From: Octopus sinensis
Lineage: Eukaryota
DNA: 64,000 bases
Assembly (NCBI RefSeq): GCF_006345805.1
Contig: NW_021836159.1
Span: forward strand, 6,064 to 70,063
Reading direction: 5' to 3'
The position numbers were made by a program, and so were the translations under genes. Position 1 is the stretch's first letter, and every line of letters starts with the position of its first letter. Below the pieces are notes generated by a model. That model had not been told where the DNA came from and ran no database searches. It saw nothing but the letters and a program-made list of their open reading frames with translations. This document shows positions 47,653 through 59,479 of this stretch, piece after piece.

Positions 47653-48417
47653 TTGTGTTGATTTTTAAGATTCATCCATATGTAATGAAGCTGAGTTGTT
47701 ATGTACAATTGCTTGTGTTTTTAAAGGGATAAAAAGAGACCAGTCTCTCTTACGAAATGATTTGGGTTTCCAAAAGCAGTTAAAGCAATTCATCATTATT
47801 GTTTTAACATCCCCTTTTCCATGCTTGCATAGGTCAGGCAGGCACATAAGACCTTGCATCTGTCAGATTTTCTAGAGCTGAATACCTTTTTTACTGCCAA
47901 CCCACACCTGTCTCCAAGTAAAAAAAATATTTCCTTATAGCCAGACATGTTTTTGCAGGATACTGGAAATGAATAAACAGTCTTCTATGAAAGTGACACT
48001 CATTTACAACAGTTATGCAGTAGCAAGACAAGGAGACACAAACATACACACAATCACAATTGCACACACAAATAGATACATATATACACACACACGCACC
48101 TCATGTTGCCAGTCTAATCAATTACATAAATGTGATCATCGATAAATGTTGACTTCATAAAATATAGAGATAATTAAAATGCTAAATTCATTTAATTGAC
48201 ACTTGTAATGAAAATTTATTTTGTTTACTTTTTCTCCTTAGGCTTCAACTGTTCTGAACCTACAGGTCTTTTCCCTGACCCACAAAGCTGTAGACATTTT
48301 TATCAGTGTGACTGGAATATTGCCCAGAAAAAGGATTGCCCTGGAAACTTGCACTTCAACAATGTCAAGAAAGTGTGTGATTGGCCATACATTGCCAAAT
48401 GCAATATCGGACAATAA
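27052..48417 (+). CDS. Paralog B (complete): signal peptide-C2/MNNL-DSL-21xEGF-CBM14, 1056 aa, predicted secreted; join(27052-27108,28015-28204 or 29527-29716,35867-35949,38127-38294,39418-39562,40891-41001,41896-42015,43562-45664,46461-46478,48242-48417)
   Basis: Exon lengths 57+190+83+168+145+111+120+2103+18+176 = 3171 nt = 1056 codons plus TAA. All introns are GT-AG. The only hydrophobic stretch is the N-terminal signal peptide. Confidence 0.9.
28015..28204 (+). CDS. Paralog B exon 2, copy a: N-terminal half of Notch-ligand MNNL/C2 domain
   Basis: [64 protein letters not shown] matches the Delta pattern (F.N..G.L.NG.CC...C.TFFRVCL...C.YG...TPVLG); tttacag|...ATCG|gtaagt. Confidence 0.88.
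28550..28605 (+). pseudogene. ATG-less copy of exon 1 (pseudo-exon 1), second repeat unit
   Basis: AATTTTCAATCAACCAGTAGATTCC...ACTTCT|gtaagt: ATGCTT replaced by AATTTT, donor retained. Confidence 0.75.
29527..29716 (+). CDS. Paralog B exon 2, copy b (identical duplicate of 28015-28204)
   Basis: Same 190-nt sequence and intact splice sites, 1512 bp downstream. Confidence 0.8.
30062..30117 (+). pseudogene. ATG-less copy of exon 1, third repeat unit
   Basis: Same sequence as 28550-28605, 1512 bp downstream; not followed by another exon 2. Confidence 0.75.
30349..30562. repeat. Near-perfect palindrome (about 105-bp arms, about 5-nt loop)
   Basis: AACTTATAAATGAGGGCAAACG... / ...CGTTTGCCCTCATTTATAAGTT. 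Confidence 0.9.
30945..31130 (+). mobile_element. Penelope-like element C-terminal (GIY-YIG region) fragment
   Basis: [27 protein letters not shown]...CKHMFKF resembles the PLE C-terminal W.I.....Y.N...RC.LC..EK...C.H..KF motif; a hammerhead-like motif follows at 31665-31713. Confidence 0.55.
32230..33960. repeat. Cryptically simple CA-rich region with internal higher-order duplications
   Basis: Blocks such as CATATCCACGAACGCACATGCGCCTCCCACAC and CACATGCACACAAACAAAATACACACGC recur 2-3 times. Confidence 0.85.
34340..34384 (+). ncRNA. Degenerate minimal hammerhead motif
   Basis: TGAAC/GTTCA stem I, CCGAAGA core (U4 to C), TGCA/TGCA stem II, GAAA, palindromic AGTACT stem III. Confidence 0.4.
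35179..35255 (+). ncRNA. Type I hammerhead-like motif in intron 2 of paralog B
   Basis: TTAA-CTGAGGA-AGATC...GACCT-GAAAC-GTAG-GTA-TTAA; one mismatch in stem II; GUA site. Confidence 0.5.
35867..35949 (+). CDS. Paralog B exon 3 (C2 domain)
   Basis: [28 protein letters not shown]; AG/GT; 83 nt. Confidence 0.85.
38127..38294 (+). CDS. Paralog B exon 4 (C2 domain)
   Basis: [56 protein letters not shown]; 168 nt. Confidence 0.85.
39418..39562 (+). CDS. Paralog B exon 5, DSL domain
   Basis: [48 protein letters not shown]; DSL Cys spacing. Confidence 0.92.
40891..41001 (+). CDS. Paralog B exon 6, EGF 1
   Basis: [37 protein letters not shown]; 111 nt, phase 1-1. Confidence 0.92.
41896..42015 (+). 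CDS. Paralog B exon 7, calcium-binding-type EGF 2
   Basis: [40 protein letters not shown]; 120 nt. Confidence 0.92.
43562..45664 (+). CDS. Paralog B exon 8, 19 EGF-like domains including a 6x two-EGF tandem array
   Basis: Core of ORF 43552-45705. Acceptor TAG 43559-61 (alternative CAG 43568-70); donor GAAG|gtaagc. Confidence 0.93.
43921..45234 (+). repeat. Coding tandem repeat: five near-identical 219-bp units plus one diverged unit, each encoding two EGFs
   Basis: TGTCAAAATGGTGGAA..TGTCAGC recurs at 43921, 44140, 44359, 44578, 44797 and 45016 (period 219 = 73 codons). Confidence 0.95.
46461..46478 (+). CDS. Paralog B exon 9, 18-nt micro-exon (VPDRQA)
   Basis: tcttttgtag|TACCAGACCGCCAAGCAA|gtaagt. 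Confidence 0.7.
48242..48417 (+). CDS. Paralog B terminal exon, CBM14 chitin-binding domain
   Basis: [57 protein letters not shown]. Confidence 0.93.
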
Positions 48418-51400
48418 ACAAGCAAACAGAATTTCCATTATTCTAACTATTTTCCCTGCAATATGAGAACATGAAGAATCCATTCCACCATATGGAAATG
48501 TTAGTTTCATTTTGCGCATATATTAATGAATATTCATTTTCTACAGCAATTATTTTCTCTATACACACACGTGCGCGAGCATGTACACACACATGCACAC
48601 ACACACACACACACACACACGTGTGTGTGTGTGTGTGCGTGTTAATATTTCTGTCTAATTCAAATGCATTATCCTGTGATTATAGAATAAAATAATGTAT
48701 GCATAATTCTTTGTCATAATTCTTCTTGAAGCATTTGCAACCAAATCTATGTACGACATATTCAACAAATAAAACAACAGAACCTATTTTAGATTAGATT
48801 AATTAATATTGCTCTGAAAATGAAATAAACAAATTACTAAGCTAATTTTAACAGTACGTCTTTGTTTTATTTTTGGACTTAATTTCTTTTTCATATTTCT
48901 CCCCTCGTTCCCCCTCAAGGTTTTTTTTGTGGGTTCTTTAGACATATCACTGTCATATAAATATCGGAACCAGTGCTGAGATCACAAGATGATATGCAAA
49001 TTATTTTGAACGTAGTCACTCTATATTTTTTTCTCAATGCACTTTAATATACTATACAGATAGTTTTAAATATATAAGCAGTTGTGATTTTGCATCCTAC
49101 ATCATAGAACTAGTTTACAACATAGAAGCTTCCACTATTATACACTAAATCTCTCTCAAATTACTTTATTCAATATGTAGAAACACATTGAATAATGCAG
49201 TGCAATCCTAGGTATGCATTCCCTTAACAAAGAACTTGTCAAGTGTAGCTGGAATGTTTTTAGTTATAGGTCTGCTGGATGAGGACTGCCTTGAGGTTTC
49301 ATAACCAACACAGGACAGTTTGCTTATGAAGAAGCTGTTGCTGTTCGTTGTGCTTCACAGTTTTTGTAAAGGACAGTAGTTACCTTGTTGATAATTGTCT
49401 ATAAATTGTAAAATCTATATTATGAATATCCTGTAGTGGACATTATAAGACAGGATCCCTACTAGTAACACAATTTCTGTAAGAGACATTACTAGCTGGA
49501 AAACAAACTTTAGATGGATAGTGATATGTATCAGAAAAGCTTTCCAAAAGTGAATACACTGGAGAATCTACTATTATTGGCACCAGGATATAGACAGTCA
49601 GAATATCACTAGTTTTTTTTTAAAATTTTAGTCATTAAAAAATAATCAATTTCAACAAAATTCATATTAATGTTTTTCAAGTTTCCATTCATCACTCGAT
49701 CGATTGATCACTGGATTGGCGTAATGGATGGAGAGAGAGAGGGGTAGGTGGTTGGAAAGAGAAAGGATGGACACATACATATAAATGACTGGATGGATAA
49801 ATACATACATGCATATATAAATATGTGTATGCATGCATTCATATAGAAAAGTTTGATAAACAACACATATCAACCAATAGTTTTCAAACTTAAATTTATT
49901 TCACTTCAAGAGAACATAGATAAATTGGTATATCTGATGCATCTGAGAAAAATACTTTCAGCTGGATATTGTCAAAATAGTTCAGTTCATATATCAAAAA
50001 CTTTCAAAATTTTCTGTTCTATTTTACTTTAAATAATTTCACGTAAACTTGAATTGTTTACAGATTTACGATTTTCTTTTCTCAGATCTCGAATAGATAC
50101 TTTAGAACTGGAGCTTTTATCTGCATCAGTTAAAGATTTGGTTGTACTTTCAAGATCATCATCTACAAAAGAAATTAAGTTTTCAAAGTTCTTATAATAT
50201 AAATGTAAATTCGTTCGCCCTTTGCATACAGGTTACTCTGTCAAATGTAATGTTTATTCATATTGTTTTGAATTAATCATGTATTATATTGTAGCTTAAA
50301 GGCATCACTGATATGATTATTTATTTTTAAAGGGACAGTGTAGGATAAGTGTAGCAGGCCAAATTTGGTCACTTTGAATATAAAAGACGTAGAATATTAT
50401 GGATGCTTTAAATGCTAAAGGGTTGATTTTCTTACCATCAGAAGCAAAAACAGTGAACATATTCCAGTACGTAAATAGCATGAACAATTTGTCTCAGCAA
50501 ATTGCACAATTTATCTAAAAGTAAACTTCATGGGCAAAGTTAATATTTTCTAAGTCATGCTAAATCTATATATATACTACTAAAGCTCAGTGATCGCTTG
50601 CTTGCGTTCTTGTCTGTAATTTAATACAGCTAAACCAGCACATAATTGGAAAGTATTCTGAAGGTAACGATACCCCGAAAAGTGAATACAAACGGTATAA
50701 AACAGGTTTCATGTAAATTGAACCCCGAATTTCCGAGATATGCGGGTGTTTTGGGGGTGGGGGAGGGGAGGGTACCTCCATAAATAACCTGAAAGGCATA
50801 TAATGGAAAAATACTTCAAAAGCAACATAACCCTGAAATGGGGACATATAATACTGTATAAACTTTTTCCATTAATTTTATGTTTATATAACAATTCCTT
50901 TTGCACTCTTGTAGAAGTGAGCACATATACCATAAACAAATGTTGTTACTGGAGTTCAAGTTTATCCCAGAAATTCTATTTCTACTAGGTGTTGTAAATA
51001 ATCAATAAAACCTAAAACATGAACTTATAAACCAGACCTATGATGACACGGATGAATTGGAACATTTAACTGAATCATCATAAAATTAACTTTCATTTCA
51101 ATGCAATGTTGAAATCAGCTTCAATGTTTTATAACCTGAACTATCAGTGACCCAACAGGTCATGGGTAGTCTCGTACTAAATAAAAATGAAGACATCAGA
51201 ATATAACTAGTCAGATTTAATCAAAGATGAAATGGTTAACCTGTGGTCATTGGTACATAAAATTTTCAGGTCTAACTTATTTTGCATGTTGATGATTCTA
51301 ATAATAACCTTGGTCTCCATGGCTCCTTATTTCTTCCCTTTCATCTATGTTTACACAAAAGTGAAAACTGGGATACAGAATTGCAGATGTACTAAACAAA

Positions 51401-51997
51401 GCATCCATTAAATGAGAGACAAGTGTACAATGAGACCCCTCTGTTGTAGCTTTATCTGCAATAAATAAATCTTCTTTAAATCATATATTAAACTTGAAAT
51501 CATGAAAAATGATTAAGTTGGGTTCATCTCTATGACCAAGGTAATACAAAATGAATAAAGCTGTGCAGCCAAACAATACACGACAGAGAAATAAACCAAC
51601 ATATCTTTTACTTGTTTCAGTCATTCGACTAAGCCCATTTTGGTGCACTGCTTTGATGGGTTTAGTCAAACAAATCGTTTCTAGTATGTTTTACTGGTCT
51701 TTTGCCTAACTGCTAAGTTACAGGGATGTAAAGAAACCATCAGGGGTTGTCAGACAGTGCTAGGGTTGGAGTATATGAACAAAGACAGATAAACATATAT
51801 TGACGAAAAATATAGAAATAAAACTGAATAATGATACACACACACACACACACACATATGTACACTCACAGAGACATACATACATACATACATACATACA
51901 TACATACATACAAACATACATACATACATACATACATACATACATACATACGTACATACATACATACATACATACATACATACATACACATAGGTAG

Positions 51998-52079
<82 letters not shown>

Positions 52080-52103
52080 TGATAGATAGGTAGAAAGCTA
52101 GGC

Positions 52104-52200
<97 letters not shown>

Positions 52201-54820
52201 TGTCTCTTTATTAGCCACACAGGGCTGCACACAGACAGGACAAATTACAAGGTAGAGCTTTTCTTTTGGGGGTAAAAAAGGGGGTTTGGTTTTCGATCAA
52301 AAGGGATCGTAAAAGGAAAGAAAGAGGACAAAAAAGGGGGGAAATTGATCAATAGGGATCGTTATCACAGAAATATCAATATAGAGTGCACAGGGGAGGA
52401 CAGGTGAGGTTTACCCGTGGAAAGAAAAGCCTACGGAAAAGACCACGGTAACCTCGGTCAATAAAGTCACATGTTATATTTTTCTTTTTTTTACTAATAA
52501 GCAACTCTCTGTATTAATTTTTACGGTTCATAGGATCATAGTCAAGGTGGCTTCGTCATTCATACTTTCCATCCTTGCTACATTCACCCATCTTTTTTTA
52601 AAACATTCACTAGACAAAACTTGCCTCTCTACTCTCACTTTCCTCTTCAAGTGATACTTGAAAAAGTTGATGAGACATTGACCAGAGAGGAAAGTGTTTG
52701 TCTCTAATCCTTTCAGGCGCGTCCACCAAATACATTCTTTCGTCATAGCCACAAGTATGGTAGAAATAGCTCTTCCTTCCCGTTTGAAGGAAGGAGGCGT
52801 GACGATATTAACGGTAGACTCGGCTGATACACCGACACGTCCCACACGTGACAGCAGGCGTTCGACATAAGCCCACAGGTCGGAGATTGTTGGACACTGC
52901 ACGATTGCGTGCAGAACGGTTTCGTCGCTCTGTCCGCATGTCGGGCAGGTCGGCCCCGTGTTTCTCGAGCCATGCCTATAGAGCTTATCCCGAACGGATA
53001 GCGCTTCTCGGTAGCACTGCCAGGCCAGGGATCTCTGGAAGTTGTCCATAGTTCCCGGCCCGAAAGTCGTTTGAAACAGGCGGGTCAGGTATTCCTCGTC
53101 GACGCCCAGGTTTGCCCCAAGATCGTCGTCGTACCTCCCCTCCACTTATCCCCTATAGAATGCTTTGCTTGTGTTGAAGTCACTCAAGGTCGACCCGGGA
53201 CGGCAGAGTTGCTTGAGAGCAACGCGACACTCGCGGTGCCATTCGCCCTTCCTCGGCCTCTTTTTGATCCACGACTGCAGTTCGGTCATGGAGACGAGCT
53301 GCGGGAACGCGTGCCTCACAAACGGCGACCACACCTGTTCACCGTTGTCTACATAGAGCCGGAGATGTCGCAGTCACAGTGCGTGTCTGCGCATCATCAA
53401 CCACGGCATGCCCAGTCCTCCTTTTAACGGGTGTTGACAGCAAATGGATCGCCTGACCATCGGGACGCATCCTTTCCACAAGAAGCGGAAGAGAATGCGT
53501 TCTAGTTTGATGATGGCAGGGTCGGGACGAGGTACGACGGTCAGGCGGTAGTAGATGATGGACGCGATGTACGCGTTCGCCACCTCCGCCCGACCTTTTA
53601 GGGGCAGTTTCCTCTCGGCCCATTGCTGGGAGAGTGACCACCCTACTCGTTATCTCGTTCCAGTTCTTCTCCATTTGGAGGTCCGGACCGAACCAGACCC
53701 CGAGCAACTCAACCGGACCGTCCGTCCAGCCTCCCACGATGGAGGTACTGGTGGATGGCATGGGCTTGCTTCTCCAGGTGCCGAGCCGCAAGCCCACTGA
53801 CTTTTCCCGGTTGATTTTTGCTACTGTCACTGCTTCGTAGTCTTTCAGTGTCTCGCCGACCAGCTCGATGTGCTCGTGGCTAGACTCTATGACGGTGACG
53901 TCGTCCGCGTATGCAGACACGCTTGTCCCGCATCCCAATTCTCGCGGGATGCCCATTAGAGTCGCCAGCTTCCGCGACGAGAGGGGGCATCCCTGACGGA
54001 CCGAACGTGCAATGTCGAAAGGTCTCGATAGATGTCCATTTACGCGAATTACCGAACGGATGCCTCTGTACAAGGCAGCTATCCAGCCGCGGAAGACGGG
54101 ACCGAAACCAGCCGCTCTCAGGACTGCCTCCAAGTATCGATGGTCTACCCCTATCGAAGACTTTCGATTGATCCAAATTGATCAGGGCCCCACCCATGCC
54201 AGGTTCCTTAACTACTCTGTCTATGATGTAGCGCATCAGATGGAGGTTGTCATGGATGCTCCGGCCCGGCACGGCGCACGTTTGTGCCTTGTCGACCAGT
54301 TTCTCGATGACAAGCGCCAACCTCTTGGCTAACACCTTTGTCAAAATTTTCAGGTCTGCATTGAGTAGGGTGATTGGTCTAAAGTTATCTATAATGTTTC
54401 CCTTGTTTGGATCTTTCTTCAGCAGCGTTACAGCTCCTCGACTCACAAAACCGGGTATGCTCCCGTTTTGCTGCCAGTTGCAGTATACCGCTGTCAAGAC
54501 GTCTCCAAACAAGTCTGGCATACAATTGTAAAACTCGTAGGGCAGACCATTCAAACTCGGCGATTTGTCTCTCGAGCATTCTGCTATTGCGTCCCGCACA
54601 TCCGCCGCCGTGATGGCACCCTCGCAGCACTCTGCCTCTCTTGCCGAGAGTCGTGGTAGGCTGTGCAGGTAGGCACTGAAGTCCACCCTGCGTTCACGCT
54701 CGCCACTCGTCCCGTACAGTCGGGCAAAGTGCCGCTGAAATGCCTCGCACATTTTGCTGGGCTCGAGCAATTCGCGCTCTTATTCATCTACCAGAGACCG
54801 AATGGTGGCTTTGTTGTTCT
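52201..54820 (-). mobile_element. 5'-truncated Tx1-like element (RT plus C-terminus and 3'UTR)
   Basis: About 87-95% similar to 16988-19650 by eye; RT fragments 53339-54770; flanked directly by (GATA)n at both junctions. Confidence 0.92.
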
Positions 54821-54854
54821 GATAGATAGATAGATAATAGATAGATAGATAGAT

Positions 54855-54950
<96 letters not shown>

Positions 54951-55320
54951 TGTGCTGAAAGTAATTTGCTAAAATTTAACAAGAGAAATCAAATACTTAT
55001 TCAAATGTTTTCCTAAAAGGAATTTAAAGAACGGCGATTGATAACTTTTTTCCATTCCTCAATAAACTTATTTGATGAAATAAATATAAGACACTTGAAT
55101 TTTTTTATATTTTTATAAGTTTTAACTTAATGTCTATAACAACTGTGTTAAGAAATATATCTGCATGTATCTGTATACATGCATACACCCACATACATAT
55201 ATATATATATATAGACATACGACGGGCTTCTTTCAGTTCCCTCTTCCGCTTACATAAACACACCGACACCGGTGGCGGGGGACAAACAAACACAAAGACA
55301 CACACACAACATAGATGTAC

Positions 55321-55371
<51 letters not shown>

Positions 55372-55373
<2 letters not shown>

Positions 55374-55540
55374 GACAGGCTTCTTTAAGTTTCCGTCAAC
55401 CAAATCCACTCAAGAAGTTTTTTGATCGGTTCGAACCTATAGTCAAAAAACACTTTCTCAAGGTCTCATTCAGTGGAACTGAACCCACAACCATGTGACT
55501 GGGAAGCAAGCTTCTCCCACACAGCCATGCCTGCGCCTAT
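55372..55540 (-). mobile_element. tRNA-derived SINE-like repeat
   Basis: GGCTTCTTT.AGTTTCCGTC.ACCAAATCCACTCA...GAACCC...CACACAGCC. Decayed + strand relatives at about 27600-27770, 29110-29280 and 62400-62560. Confidence 0.55.
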
Positions 55541-57949
55541 TTAAGTCTAATTTACGTACGTTGGTTAAAATCTATAAGGTTGCTTCTTTGTCAATTCATA
55601 ACATAAAAATTGAACAGTGCTAACACCTCATTAATTCATTAGTACAACTAGTTTCCAAGAATGTGTCATGTATGTACATTGGCGTATCCGAATTAATAAA
55701 ACTCTTGATAATACTACCTATGTGTATCACCGTTGAAGATTGGAGAACAAAAGCTGCTGATGAAATCTCAAAACTGGTCCAGCGAATCCCATTTCATCCA
55801 CAGCATGGTTGTTTAAAATGACAGTCGTTTACGATTGTCCAGTTCATTTCACTATATCTCATTTACGCACAGGACCGGCTCGAGAATTTTTTTTTCCGCA
55901 CGAGAGTCCCGGACCCCAGTAATGAACTCATTTGCATAGTCAATCAGAGCTCGCCTTCACCTTGTTGTCAAAATCAAGTGCTGAGGATGGAAGTGACCCA
56001 ATAATCAATGGGCTAAACAAAGCTTTATTTGCTTTACCAAGACAAAGAATTCCTTGGGGGACCAGTGAAAAGAATTTCTCCATGCAACTTGTGGAACTAA
56101 CTTCGTAGCCTCGCTGCTTTGACCGGTGCTCCGGTGTGGCACATGGTCTTGGCAAGAAAAAATTTTATCGGATTCAGTTAGATATGGTAAAGATGTGGAT
56201 GGGAAAAATGTGGACAGAGTGTGATGTGCTTGTAATTCTCTCCCCTTACTATTTTACAAAGTAAACAACAGTACAAATAACTACGCAGAAGCAGCCACTG
56301 TTGAAACAAGAGCACTACTACTACTAGAAATAATAATAGTATTTATTTTATTCGCCAAAAGTTCGACGGATAAGGGTTTAGATGAATCCACAACCATGAT
56401 ACCAACACCATCTAAACATGATTCCCTTCAGAAGGCTGTAATATCATTTGACAGAAACACGGTTAAAGAATACATATGAAACAAGGTTGTAACTTTAACT
56501 GTCTTTAATGCCGGCCACGCGTATATATACAACTGAATGACAAATGGAAATGGCTGACGCGTGGAGACCATGATCTTCTTCTGTGCGTTACCTCCTGTCT
56601 GCTAGATGGTATATGGTGTCAGAGAGCCGACTACATCACGTCTTTACGATCTGACGCCTTGCCGAGAAAAGGAGAGAGTTGTAAGGCATCGTATCAGAAT
56701 CTCACACTCTAGCGACATCTAGCGAGCTTGTTTAAACCTGCTATCAAGGGAGGGAACTGCGCCTACAAGTATACATTACAAGTATAGATTATAAAAATGT
56801 ATAAATTATAAAAGTATAAATTATAAAAATATGCATTACAAGTATAAATTATAAAAATGGTGATCAGGGTTTGCAGAATCGATTTTGGAAAAAAAAAGTA
56901 AGCATGGAAAACAATAGTTTAAAGAAGAAAAAACATGTAATCAAGTGATTAGTCAAACATCTGGGACCAATGAAGGAATCGCAAGGCCCTAAGAATATCC
57001 TGACAGTAACAAGCAAGTTCTTTCTCTACCAGTGGGTTTCCTTTAACCATAAGAACAAGTTGAGAATTTGCCCATTTAATTGGGCCATTCTTGGCTCTCT
57101 AACCTACTTTTTAGCAAACTTTCCGGTGTGTAGTGTATCGTTCTCCGTATCTTCTCCAAGTAGTAATTGAAAAAGTTGATGAGGGTTTTGCCAAAAAAGA
57201 AAGTGTCTGCGCCATTTTCAATCTTGTCAGGATAGAATCTCTTTTACCACAACTACTTAGCAGAGGAGAACTTCCTACCCTTCCCAAATAAAATAATCAA
57301 GCATTATTGACTTACAGTGAAGTTAGGAATGCTCGGACACAGAACTGGTTTGCAGAATGGTTTCGTCGCTCTGGGCACATACTAGTCAGGCTTTGTTAGA
57401 AACACTTCTGTACTTTATTCTGACCCGGTACAACTTAGCCGGAGATCTAAAAATGTTGGCCATTGTTTTGTAATCAAAATTCTCCGTAATAAACTATTCA
57501 ACAACAACAACAAAATAAATATTGTGTTATTGTTTGTCTGATTTCTATTTATCTTTTAGTCTTTGTATTTACTCTATAAGTGTACGTTCATTTTGTTTAC
57601 ATTAAAACAATAAAACTCCTTTACATTTTCAAATTACTTTGTTACTAGACTTTACAACAGAAAAATTTCTTTTCAGTCATTTACATTCTTCACCTTCATC
57701 CGTGTTTTTGTAATTGTTGTTGTCGTTGTCAACGTGTCTGTTAGAGGTGATATGCTTTTTCTCTCTATCCCCTCCTTTTTCTCTCCATCATCTCCTTATC
57801 CTTATTCTTACCAATATGGTACCTGATTGGTACGATTAGAAAAACAAATATCTAGAGATCCCTTTTCATTGGTTATCTTGCGCAACATTCAAACCCGTGC
57901 AATTGTGTGTAAACTTTGGCATACGCTATTGTTCCCACTGACCATATCC

Positions 57950-57957
57950 TATAAATA
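57950..57957 (+). promoter_or_regulatory. Putative TATA box of paralog C
   Basis: Same CCTATAAATACTGGG context as in B, about 230 bp upstream of the ATG. Confidence 0.5.
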
Positions 57958-58181
57958 CTGGGCTTTCTCGCGTTGCCTACCAGAATTGCCTTGTTTGTTC
58001 ACCGGACTTATTCAAAGAATTCAGTGAGTTCATTTCTGCACCGGAGCTCCCTGTGAGTTTAAGTCGCTGTTCAATACGTCGACTAGCGTCGCCTTTGCAA
58101 GGACGAGTGGACTAGTGATAATTATACATACACTGTATACATCTAAAAGCTCATAAGACAATTCTTAATAAGGCAATCAGC

Positions 58182-58238
58182 ATGATTCAATCAGCCGGTA
58201 GATTCCTGCTCTGCGCTTTTCTTGCTACAATAACTTCT
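58182..58238 (+). CDS. Paralog C exon 1, signal peptide ([19 protein letters not shown])
   Basis: Paralog of 27052-27108 with intact ATG and gtaagt donor. Confidence 0.85.
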
Positions 58239-58445
58239 GTAAGTATTCTGTCTTGGATTCTTTACAAACCGAACACCCACACGCACGCACGCACGCACAC
58301 ACGCACACACACACAAACGTCACACCACACCACTCCACAGAGATTCTGTATAATTTTTTTAGACATATATGTGTCTTTATATATACATATACATATGTGC
58401 GGGGGTGTATCTATGTATGTTTGTATGTGCTTGCAAGCATGTGTA

Positions 58446-58557
<112 letters not shown>

Positions 58558-58699
58558 TATATATATTATATATATACACATACATATCCACTCAGCCGAA
58601 ATTGCGACGATGATCCAGTTCTTGACTGAGGCTAGAAAGCTTCGAATGACCCGTCCTTGATATATATATACATCATACATATACATACATATGTATGTA

Positions 58700-58821
<122 letters not shown>

Positions 58822-59191
58822 ATATATATATAATGGAAAGATTAGAATATATAGAATATAAAAGCTTTCGTGTTTGGATAAATAACTATGGAAGACTGGT
58901 GGGGATATTATCTGTATGGACTTCAAGGTATAATTTGCTATTTAGTTAAGAGATAATTTAAGAGATAGTTATAGGTTTGCTTATAGAATTAATTTCCCGA
59001 TACTGTTTTTGTACATAAGACATTTTCTTTTTTGGTAATTTAATTAATAATGTTAGTGTTTAATCCTTCCTAGAATTCAGATAGGATGAATGTAGTGATA
59101 TATATGGTATATTTGTTCCCAAACTGGCCTTAAGCCGATTGGACCGATTATTCAGAGAATAAGCTAACCTCAGTCAAGAATATATATATAC

Positions 59192-59269
<78 letters not shown>

Positions 59270-59479
59270 CTGCTATTTCTAGTATACTAAACAACAACGT
59301 TAAGGACCGGTGACCTTTGAAAATGCTTTACACGACAAATTCCTATATAACCGTAATCTACACCATCTGAGACGTATATGTAGAAAAGTTTCATAACAAA
59401 TTATCCATATTTCGGAATGTTACCACACACACGCACACACACATACACACACACACACACACACTCACATATATATATA

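Noticed and set aside
27052-48417. Assigning the symbol Delta/DLL, Serrate/JAG or Notch
   Set aside because: No TM, no intracellular tail, no DOS motif, no vWC, LNR or ankyrin domains, and altered Notch-binding residues; orthology cannot be claimed.
55640-56160. Unique higher-GC stretch with ORF 55940-56155, and B-specific insertion at about 38740-39290
   Set aside because: No recognisable motif in any frame I read and no splice or repeat structure; probably decayed transposon sequence.
56985-57400. Possible very old Tx1 3' fragment (CAQSDETIL-like peptide on the - strand)
   Set aside because: Only one short motif match; too degenerate to annotate without alignment.
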